DNA of 18,052 bases from an uncultured Oscillospiraceae bacterium. GTDB taxonomy: Bacteria; Bacillota; Clostridia; Acetivibrionales; Acetivibrionaceae. Every line of letters starts with the position of its first letter. Position 1 is the first letter of the stretch. The notes beneath the pieces were generated by a model, which ran no database searches, had not been told where the DNA came from, and saw only the letters and a list, made by a program, of their open reading frames with translations. Positions 8,861 through 18,052 of the stretch are shown piece by piece. The translations under genes and the position numbers were made by a program. Where the stretch lies: assembly GCA_964409165.1 (NCBI GenBank), contig CAYPCH010000079.1, positions 1 through 18,052 of the forward strand, read 5' to 3'.

Positions 8861-10045
8861 TTAGTCGTCTGAAGCCTTAAAGTTATAAATAGGTTTAATT
8901 ATTTTGTTGATTTCTACAGTGTCGCGGATATTTTCAACAATCTCTTCAATAGGTTTATATGCAAGCGGTGCCTCATCAAGCGTATTCATTGACATTGAGG
9001 TAGTAAATATACCCTCCATTGACTTTTCGAACTCCTCTAATGACAGACTACGTTTTGCTTGTTTTCTGCTCATCAACCGTCCAGCACCATGAGGCGCAGA
9101 TTGATTCCAATCAGAATTACCCTTTCCTGTTGCAATGATACTTCCATCCCTCATGTTTATAGGAATAATAACCACTTCGCCTTTTTTTGCAGATATGGCT
9201 CCTTTTCTCAGAATCATTTCATCAAGATCTATATAATTGTGTATTGTGGTAAAACTATCCACCACGTTAAACTCCATTTCCCGTATAATAACCTCTGCAA
9301 TAGCCTTTCTATTATACTCGGCAAATTTTTGAGCTATATGCATATCATGTATGTAATATTCAAAAGCTTCGCCTTCAACATATGATAATGAATCCTTGAC
9401 TTTTGCTTTCTCTTTTTCGATTTCTTCCTGAATTTCCTTTGTTCTTCCTTGTGACTTTAGCTTCGCAATAATTGAGTCATTGCTTCTCCTTGCAATTTCC
9501 TTTGTTGCTCTTTGCTGGTAACACTCAGCGATTTGTTTGCCCAAATGCCTGCTCCCTGAATGTACAACCAAATAAATATTTCCTTCATCATCTTTATTCA
9601 TCTCAATGAAGTGATTTCCTCCACCTAAGGTTCCAATGCTTAAGGATGCCCTTACCAAATCGACATGTTCTTTGCATTTTAAGCCCTCAAGGTCTATATA
9701 TTCTTTGTATTCATGGACTGTTTCACGTACATCAAATCCACTTGGAACATAGCTTCGTATTGTGCTGTCAAGTTTATTAAAGTCAATCTTTGAATTATCA
9801 AGCATGCTGACAAACATCCCACAGCCAATATCAACACCTACCAGATTGGGAACAATCTTGTCTTTTATAGTCATAGTTGTTCCAATAGTACATCCTGCAC
9901 CGGCATGTGTATCCGGCATAATTCTGATATTACTGTCCTTGACAAATTCCTGATTGCAAAGTTCCTGAATTTGTTCGGCAGCCTTTTCCTCTATATTGTT
10001 TGTGAACACTTTTGCTGTGTTAAATTTGCCTTTGATTTCTATCAT
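8861..10045 (-). CDS. rtcB: RtcB RNA-splicing ligase (3'-phosphate/5'-hydroxyl RNA ligase), short archaeal-like form
   Basis: Diagnostic RtcB motifs: IMPDTHAGAGC, GGGNHFIE, VHSGSRHLG, NQSAPHGAGR. Confidence 0.9.
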   Translation of the reverse strand: MIEIKGKFNTAKVFTNNIEEKAAEQIQELCNQEFVKDSNIRIMPDTHAGAGCTIGTTMTIKDKIVPNLVGVDIGCGMFVSMLDNSKIDFNKLDSTIRSYVPSGFDVRETVHEYKEYIDLEGLKCKEHVDLVRASLSIGTLGGGNHFIEMNKDDEGNIYLVVHSGSRHLGKQIAECYQQRATKEIARRSNDSIIAKLKSQGRTKEIQEEIEKEKAKVKDSLSYVEGEAFEYYIHDMHIAQKFAEYNRKAIAEVIIREMEFNVVDSFTTIHNYIDLDEMILRKGAISAKKGEVVIIPINMRDGSIIATGKGNSDWNQSAPHGAGRLMSRKQAKRSLSLEEFEKSMEGIFTTSMSMNTLDEAPLAYKPIEEIVENIRDTVEINKIIKPIYNFKASDD

Positions 10046-10131
10046 AACCTCACCACATTTCTACAATTTTGTATTAATAACCTCCCTTGCCTTAAGTTTA
10101 TTAAAATCAAGGGAGGTTGGTGTAGACCAAG

Positions 10132-11271
10132 CTATTTTTTCAATTTCATTACCCCACATTTTTTGTCACTGCTTTTATTGGAAAGCAGTGTATTCAACTG
10201 TTCTAGCAAGCTACCTCCACCTGTTAGCGATACATTGCCGATCTTCTCACAAATCTTCTCTAAGAACTCAAGCTCTTTTAACCTATAAAGCGTCTGGTTT
10301 TCCTCCATAAGCTTTGCAGTATTTAAAAGACTCCTTGTTGAAGCAACTTCTTCCCTTCTAGTGATAACGTTAGCCTGAGCCTTTTTTTCAGCAATCAGAA
10401 CAGTATTTAAAATTTCCTTTATTTCACCAGGCAATATAATATCCTTAACACCGGCAAACAGGAATTCTACGCCATAACTGTTGCTTTTCTCTTTCAATTT
10501 TTCAAGAACATAGCTTCCAATCTCCTGCTTTTTCAAAAGAAGATCATCAAGCTTTAAGGCACCGACATACTCTCTCAAAATCAACTGCAAAACTATATAA
10601 ATCTGTTCCTCAAAAGATTTTACTTCAACAACCTTTAACGGATCTATTATCCTGTAATGGCACACAAAATTTAAACGTAATGTGATCTTATCCTCTGTCA
10701 TAATTTCCTGTCCGGTCATATCTAACTGTTGTTGCCTTAAATCTACATTCTTTACGGCAACATGCACAGGACTTTTCCAAAAGAAATACCTGCCGGGTTC
10801 CAACGTTTTCTGTATTACATTGTTATAATAAAGGATACCTTTTTCATTATTTCCAACCTCATAATAGCCCACAAAAGCCGCCAGTTTAGGGCTATTGTAA
10901 GTTGAAGCATCTATATCCGACTTTACTTCAGGATTTCTAATATCCACAACTGTAAAATCATGTTTTTTAAGAACATTCCAAAATGCATATTTACCTGATT
11001 TAAGTACATCCACAAGCTTACCATCTTCAAAATGAATGGCAATCTCATTATCCTGGACATCCATCACTGTAAGCTCCTTTGAAAGCTCTCGGTCTCCAAG
11101 GAACAGATTTATATTTTTGCCTGCTACATCAAAGGCTTTATTTACATCGGACACAACAACACTATATTTTATAAACGGATTAAGGTGGTACTTTCCAGGC
11201 TTCAAGCATTTAATATAGTTTCCGTCTTTGAACAATAAACCTCTTTCATCATTTTTGATATTTACCTTCAT
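10132..11271 (-). CDS. SPFH/band-7 (slipin-family) protein, soluble form with three N-terminal beta-repeat copies
   Basis: C-terminal half has the SPFH core (LKVVEVKSFEEQIYIVLQLILREYVGALKLDDLL ... coiled-coil EKKAQANVITRREEVA). The N-terminus has three copies of an (E)RGLLFKDGxYxKxLKPGKYxxNP-type unit. No predicted TM helix. The supplied ORF starts at a GTG at 11331; the ATG at 11271 (MKVNIK) with AAGGGA upstream is the more likely start. Confidence 0.7.
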   Translation of the reverse strand: MKVNIKNDERGLLFKDGNYIKCLKPGKYHLNPFIKYSVVVSDVNKAFDVAGKNINLFLGDRELSKELTVMDVQDNEIAIHFEDGKLVDVLKSGKYAFWNVLKKHDFTVVDIRNPEVKSDIDASTYNSPKLAAFVGYYEVGNNEKGILYYNNVIQKTLEPGRYFFWKSPVHVAVKNVDLRQQQLDMTGQEIMTEDKITLRLNFVCHYRIIDPLKVVEVKSFEEQIYIVLQLILREYVGALKLDDLLLKKQEIGSYVLEKLKEKSNSYGVEFLFAGVKDIILPGEIKEILNTVLIAEKKAQANVITRREEVASTRSLLNTAKLMEENQTLYRLKELEFLEKICEKIGNVSLTGGGSLLEQLNTLLSNKSSDKKCGVMKLKK

Positions 11272-11561
11272 TTTAATCCATCCCTTCGATAAACTAATAA
11301 TTTTTGCAACCTTTTTCAAGAATCCTCCCACAACATCAGCGGAGTGCTGCTTGAGGATATTTACTCACAGATCGTTATACATGGCTGCCTCTAAAGTTAC
11401 AGGCATTGCCAAGCATTGCCTGATTACTTTTTATACAGGCTCATGTATAAGGATAGGCTTGTTATATCCGGTATCCGCACACTTCAGAGCCTAAGTTCCG
11501 GTGCTTTTGCAAAAGTTCTGCAAAAGCCTGAGGATTCTCTCCAAAGATTCCTGTGAATTAC

Positions 11562-11703
11562 CTCGATTAAAAGTCGAGTGCTAAACCATAGCATTCAGAT
11601 CCCTAATCTGATGGGGATTTGAACCCCTTTTTCATTGCCTTATGCTCTGCCTCTGAGCTAATCACTTTGCAGTAATGGAGGAATCGAACCTCCGACACTA
11701 AGG
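11562..11703 (-). ncRNA. Candidate structured ncRNA: two tandem, circularly permuted tRNA-like modules (Y-RNA-like/YrlA-type tRNA mimic) with a tRNA-Lys(UUU) anticodon stem-loop
   Basis: Minus strand reads: CCTTA-GTGTC-[GGAGG TTCGATT CCTCC]-[ATTACT GCAA AGTGAT]-TA-[GCTC AGAGGCA GAGC]-A-TAAGG (TAAGG pairs with the 5' CCTTA), then [GGGG TTCAAAT CCCC]-[TCAGAT TAGGG ATCTGA]-AT-[GCTA TGGTT TAGC]-A-[CTCGA CTTTTAA TCGAG]. Both T-loops match the TTCRAWT consensus. The D-arm is tRNA-Lys-like. Lies in a 545-bp gap between a terminator and the SPFH-rtcB genes. Confidence 0.4.
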
Positions 11704-11833
11704 TTTTTTGCTCCAACTTTCCAGGCATACCTTTTATAATAAAAATAAAAGGCACCGCGAGACCATTTAGAAATCTCCGCATAAGGAACAGGAACAATAT
11801 TATTATACAGGTATAAAATACTAATTGACAGAC

Positions 11834-11870
11834 AAAAAGTTTGCAACCTTTGTCACGTTGCAAACTTTTT
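11834..11870. terminator. Bidirectional intrinsic terminator (14-bp stem AAAAAGTTTGCAAC/GTTGCAAACTTTTT) immediately downstream of the phosphatase-like gene
   Basis: Perfect inverted repeat with 9-nt loop, flanked by a T-run on the plus strand (TTTTTATATAAT) and TTTTTG on the minus strand. Followed on the minus strand by a TGTATAAT -10-like element (11802-11809). Confidence 0.5.
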
Positions 11871-11876
11871 ATATAA

Positions 11877-12208
11877 TTAAAACATGTCTATGTATTCAGA
11901 AACGCGAGATATTAATATTTCAATCAATTCCTCATCCATAAAAGAATAGTCATCTGATATATCCAGAATGATTACTTTTTTATCCTTGAGGATATCTCCA
12001 AATTTTTCTTGAATTCTTCTCAAGTGTTTTTTCTCCATTACAAAGATTATGTCTGCCCAGCCAATATGACCGCCTGTCACTTTAATTCTAGCATTACTTT
12101 CTGTTCCAGCTGATCTTACTTCGTGACCATTAGTACCATTAAAAATCTTCTCAGCCGTAAGACTTCTCCATTTATTTCTACTGCATAAAAATAGTACCTT
12201 TATGTTAA

Positions 12209-12212
<4 letters not shown>
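11877..12212 (-). CDS. Small LMW-PTP-fold phosphatase (COG4551-type predicted protein tyrosine phosphatase / ArsC-like P-loop)
   Basis: N-terminal P-loop VLFLCSRNKWRS (C-X5-R-S) as in low-molecular-weight PTPs and arsenate reductases. Only 111 aa. Stop codon overlaps the start region of the WYL gene (ATGA-type coupling at 12209-12212). Confidence 0.65.
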
Positions 12213-14791
<2,579 letters not shown>

Positions 14792-14794
14792 TAG

Positions 14795-15177
14795 CTATCC
14801 AACCTCTATGTATTTGGGATCTATAAAATCGGCAAGCCACACTTTTTCATTTCCTTTATAAAACGTAATTCCCTCATTCCAAGCATCCATAGAATTTATA
14901 ATAAGTAAAGCAGGATGGTCATCTCTCCTTTTACCAACTTGTAGAGCCATATCTGTGTCAACAGCCAAGTGAACATACTGCCTTCCTTTAGGAATCAATC
15001 CCTTTTCCTTAATCATTGATAAGAATCGCCTTGTTGTTCCATGAAATAAAACTTCAGGTGGCTGCAATGATTCCTTTATTATCCTCTGAGGAATTGAATG
15101 CCCGTACAAAGCTCTTATTCCCATGGTGCATGCCTCAATGCAAAAGACATAGCTTTACTTAATCTTGTATAATCCAT
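14795..15177 (-). pseudogene. kptA: Disrupted tpt1/kptA (RNA 2'-phosphotransferase): N-terminal 20 codons in one frame, C-terminal NAD-binding lobe (109 aa) in another, with about 50 codons missing between them
   Basis: C-terminal ORF has Tpt1 motifs (GIRALYGHS, LFHGTTRRF, QYVHLAV, VGKRRDDHPALLI, KVWLADFIDPKYI). Just upstream in the +1 frame: MDYTRLSKAMSFALRHAPWE-stop (Tpt1 N-terminal LSKxLSxxLRHxPE motif, RBS AGGAAGG). The roughly 55 residues that normally separate LRHxPE from IRAxQGHS are absent. Confidence 0.6.
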
Positions 15178-15327
15178 TTATCATCAACCTTCCTAAAAAA
15201 CATCATTTTTATCCATTATATTCGAGCAGCTTATCAATTAATTATATCCCCAATAACTGCTCCAAGTATAAAAATCACCTCGCAAGCATACCCAAATTTG
15301 CACGATTACCATACTTTCTAAATCCTT

Positions 15328-15477
15328 TTACACTCTCTGCGCTACCGCAACTCTCTCATCAATATTCCCTCTCAACTCAACATATGGAAGCTTACGTTCC
15401 TTCAGATCAGCAATAATCTGTTTCTGGAATATATGCCGCTTCTGGTCTCCCGAGCGATTCCATCCTTTAATCTTCAT
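15328..15477 (-). CDS. Small hypothetical ORF (49 aa, MKIKGWNRSGDQKRHIFQKQIIADLKERKLPYVELRGNIDERVAVAQRV), not in the supplied ORF list
   Basis: Strong RBS AAGGAGAG 8 nt upstream of the ATG. Located between the macro domain gene and the tpt1 remnant on the same strand. No recognisable family. Confidence 0.35.
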   Translation of the reverse strand: MKIKGWNRSGDQKRHIFQKQIIADLKERKLPYVELRGNIDERVAVAQRV

Positions 15478-15506
15478 TTCAACCGCTCTCCTTATTTCCT
15501 TAAGTT

Positions 15507-16010
15507 CTATGTAGCTTCAGTATATTCGCTATATGTATCCTCATCAAAGCAAACCATCAAAACTTTCTCAATGTTAGAATTCGTATCAAGAAACCCCTTT
15601 ATCTCATTAATTGCTATCACTGCTGCCCTTTCTACTGGAAATCTGTATGCTCCTGTACTTATTGATGGGAAAGCTATAGTTTTTATACCATACCTGGCCG
15701 CTAGTTCCAAAGAATTTCTATAACAATCAGCCAATAGTCCATCTTCTCCCCTGTTTCCTCCCTGCCACACAGGACCCACAGTATGGATGACCCACTTAGC
15801 GGGAAGTCTATATCCTTTAGTTATTTTTGCCTGTCCGGTTTTGCATCCATGTAGCTTCATGCATTCCATAACAAGTTTAGGTCCGGCTGCTCTATGAATA
15901 GCACCATCAACACCTCCCCCGCCAAGTAGTGAACTGTTTGCTGCGTTAACTATAGCATCAATAACTTGTTTTGTTATATCTCCCTTAATAACATCTAGTC
16001 TATTTATCAT
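15507..16010 (-). CDS. Macro domain protein (MacroD/YmdB-type ADP-ribose-1''-phosphatase / O-acetyl-ADP-ribose deacetylase)
   Basis: Canonical macro motifs: [28 protein letters not shown], and the downstream G-rich loop. Probable start at the second ATG (MINRLD, 16010), which is preceded by GGGAGG. Confidence 0.85.
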   Translation of the reverse strand: MINRLDVIKGDITKQVIDAIVNAANSSLLGGGGVDGAIHRAAGPKLVMECMKLHGCKTGQAKITKGYRLPAKWVIHTVGPVWQGGNRGEDGLLADCYRNSLELAARYGIKTIAFPSISTGAYRFPVERAAVIAINEIKGFLDTNSNIEKVLMVCFDEDTYSEYTEAT

Positions 16011-16264
16011 AATATCGCCTCCCAATATTTAACATCAGCAACCTTATCTCTAACATCTCTATTTCGTGAATTAATCATTTGTTTCAACTGCTTTTACATC
16101 TGCAGATAATGCGTAAGTATTGTTTCAGAGATTAAGTGAATATAGTTTTCCAAAGATATATTCTCTTTCAGTAATTATTTTCTTATCCTATTTTAGGTTG
16201 TATCTAATCTTCCTCTACTAAACCTTGCCTGTTTTTCAATATCTCTTTTACTTAAGCCCCTATC

Positions 16265-17476
16265 CTATTCTGTTTCATTATCCAAGACATCTTGCTCAAA
16301 AATCTTTGTATTAACAGCTTCTTGCTCCAATTTGCAATTATTCTCAAGCATATAGTCAATCACTTCACTAAAGTTGCTATCCCTTAGTCTTAGTAGCCTT
16401 TTACGATCATTTTCTGTAAGCTTTTTAGTATATTGGATATTCTCTTTTAGTGTGGCAGTATCCATTTTATAAGGTCGGAACTCCACCCCTGTTTGACCTT
16501 TCAAATGTTCAAATATATAAAACCCACCGGCATCTATGTCACCAAAATGATAAAAAGGCGTACCAGGATTTTGATGGTGTATTCTTTTGATAAATTCACG
16601 CCTAATATTATTATGATAACCGCCAAGATAAATTGCAAACATACCTTTATCACTAAAAGTATGAAAACTTGTTAAATTCTCGATAGTTATTACAGCCGTT
16701 CCTTTTACATCAATCGTTCCCACATCTGGTAATATAATAGAAGAAATTGCAATATCACCACCAAGTTTTGTCAAATCTATTATTTGGTCATTTAGTGTAA
16801 TACTGCCCGCACCCTTAAAATTTACGTATGTAGGATTTTTAATGATGTTTAAATTGCCTAGAACCTGATCTTTATCAGGAAAATCCCCATATTCGTATAA
16901 TAGGTTTATTACCTTGGAAGATAAAGCTTCAAATATCTTAGAATCTCTAAAAACTCTTACGGAAAAATCTCTGACAAAAATTTCAATTTCGACTTTCAAT
17001 AGCTCATCAACAGCTATCAAAATATTCTCCAGCTCTGACAAATCATTATTAAAGAATTGCACAGGTTTGTTTAATGCAATCCGTTCACATTGAGTTTCGC
17101 AATATTTCATTAAGATGGGATTTCTCAATTTATATTTTTCCATCAAATGAAGAATAGCCGAATTTGTATCCTTTTTAGGCGACCTTCCAACATAATTATA
17201 TACTTGTTCCAAGCTATTCAGATTTAAAACAATATCTTTATAAACTTTTGCCGAATTTGCTTGTGCAAATATGAATTGCTTTCTTATTAAGATGTCTATA
17301 GCCTCGTTTATCAAGTTAAACGCTTCATAGTTTGAATGATCAGCATACTGAGGAAACAAGGAAGAAACTTTGACCATGAACCTTTGATTTACCTTGTTAT
17401 CCCCTATAAAACTTTTGCTTCTTTCAAACTTGTCCAACAATTCATTAATTATCTGACTCTCAAATCTGCTCCTCAT
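16265..17476 (-). CDS. jetD: JetD/MksG-like protein (DUF3322 N-terminal + DUF2220 Toprim/TopoVI-A-like C-terminal domain) of a Wadjet-type SMC system
   Basis: C-terminal Toprim signature: acidic E in ITIENLTSF and DxD in HFGDIDAGGFYIF. About 400 aa. Start overlaps the stop of the upstream SMC-like ATPase (ATGA). Confidence 0.6.
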   Translation of the reverse strand: MRSRFESQIINELLDKFERSKSFIGDNKVNQRFMVKVSSLFPQYADHSNYEAFNLINEAIDILIRKQFIFAQANSAKVYKDIVLNLNSLEQVYNYVGRSPKKDTNSAILHLMEKYKLRNPILMKYCETQCERIALNKPVQFFNNDLSELENILIAVDELLKVEIEIFVRDFSVRVFRDSKIFEALSSKVINLLYEYGDFPDKDQVLGNLNIIKNPTYVNFKGAGSITLNDQIIDLTKLGGDIAISSIILPDVGTIDVKGTAVITIENLTSFHTFSDKGMFAIYLGGYHNNIRREFIKRIHHQNPGTPFYHFGDIDAGGFYIFEHLKGQTGVEFRPYKMDTATLKENIQYTKKLTENDRKRLLRLRDSNFSEVIDYMLENNCKLEQEAVNTKIFEQDVLDNETE

Positions 17477-18052
17477 AGGTCATACTCCTCAATAATGCTT
17501 GTCGTACCCTCCCTCATTGCCATTAGAATCGTGTCTACCTTTTCGCCAATTATCTCAATTTTTGAAGGTGGTGTGGCAAGTATAATCTGGAAATTCTGAC
17601 TGTTTAAAAAATCCATCATTGAGCTGATACGGTTATCGTCCATCTTGTCAAAAGCTTCGTCAAACATAATAATTCTGATTGTATCACCAAGCTTATAGAG
17701 CTGGACAAAGGATGCTGCTATAGCTACATAATATGGTGTTTGGGTTTCTCCGCCACTTTTTTCACCATATATTTTCGAAAATCGCTGTACTATCCCATCT
17801 TTCTTCTCCACAATAATATCATAATCAAGATATCTTCTGTAATCTGTATATTCTAAAAGCACCTTCTCTCCCTTGTCATCATAAGCAGTTAACTTGGCAA
17901 ATAGGTCTTCCATCTCTTCCTTATATTCATCATCAAAGGCTCTGGACCATAAATTAAATCCTGCTTCATTGTTTTTTGACATAATCATTTGATAGATGCT
18001 TTCTTTTTTCTTATTGTGAGTCAACTCAAACTTGTAGCTGTCGTCACCATAG
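17473..18052 (-). CDS. jetC: C-terminal end of a JetC-like SMC/ABC-type ATPase (partial; the gene continues beyond the window end)
   Basis: ABC signature-like GEKSGGETQ, then Walker B/D-loop IIMFDEAFDKMD. The frame stays open to the last base of the window, so the apparent start at 18024 is a TTG and an artefact of the window edge. Confidence 0.5.
   Translation of the reverse strand, partial: YGDDSYKFELTHNKKKESIYQMIMSKNNEAGFNLWSRAFDDEYKEEMEDLFAKLTAYDDKGEKVLLEYTDYRRYLDYDIIVEKKDGIVQRFSKIYGEKSGGETQTPYYVAIAASFVQLYKLGDTIRIIMFDEAFDKMDDNRISSMMDFLNSQNFQIILATPPSKIEIIGEKVDTILMAMREGTTSIIEEYDL

Noticed and set aside
11562-11703. A canonical tRNA-Lys gene on the minus strand
   Set aside because: The D-arm and anticodon arm are tRNA-Lys-like and there are two good T-arms, but no arrangement gives acceptor/D/anticodon/T in canonical order with a paired 7-bp acceptor stem and free 3' end. 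The pieces only fit as permuted, loop-closed modules. Kept as ncRNA candidate, with an integration-scar tRNA remnant as the alternative.
11603-11863. 86-aa and 62-aa minus-strand ORFs in the phosphatase-slipin intergenic gap
   Set aside because: They overlap the tRNA-like structured RNA and lack ribosome-binding sites. Their sequences are low-complexity, hydrophobic read-through of hairpin-forming DNA. More likely non-coding.

Overview
AT-rich (about 33% GC) Firmicutes/Clostridia-like chromosomal segment. The left third (1-6560) looks ordinary: a secreted beta-lactamase-fold serine hydrolase, a tandem-rhodanese sulfurtransferase lipoprotein, a beta-helix lipoprotein, and an OmpR-type two-component pair. 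The right two thirds are an accessory/defense-type region, with three parts. (1) An RtcB RNA-ligase-centred module on the minus strand: two WYL-domain regulators, a COG4551 LMW-PTP-like phosphatase, a structured tRNA-like ncRNA candidate, a soluble SPFH/slipin protein and RtcB. Two polymerase-beta-fold nucleotidyltransferases (RlaP-like) sit convergently on the plus strand. The whole block (about 6572-14791) is bracketed by imperfect 180-190 bp direct repeats, each carrying the WYL gene's promoter and 5' end and a palindrome that differs between copies only by one compensatory base-pair change. (2) An ADP-ribose/RNA 2'-phosphate module: a macro domain protein, a small unannotated ORF, and a Tpt1/KptA gene disrupted by an internal deletion and frameshift. 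(3) The 3' end of a Wadjet-like operon: the C-terminus of a jetC-like SMC ATPase and a jetD-like Toprim nuclease. The intergenic RNA upstream of SPFH-RtcB is the most unusual element. It folds as two circularly permuted tRNA-like modules (T-arm, loop-closed acceptor stem, D-arm), the second carrying an exact tRNA-Lys(UUU) anticodon stem-loop. I read it as a Y-RNA-like (YrlA-type) tRNA mimic. With its RtcB/RlaP/phosphatase/slipin/WYL neighbours it looks like an uncharacterised RNA-damage-response or anti-phage system. All calls come from reading the sequence and the supplied ORF translations; no database searches were run.
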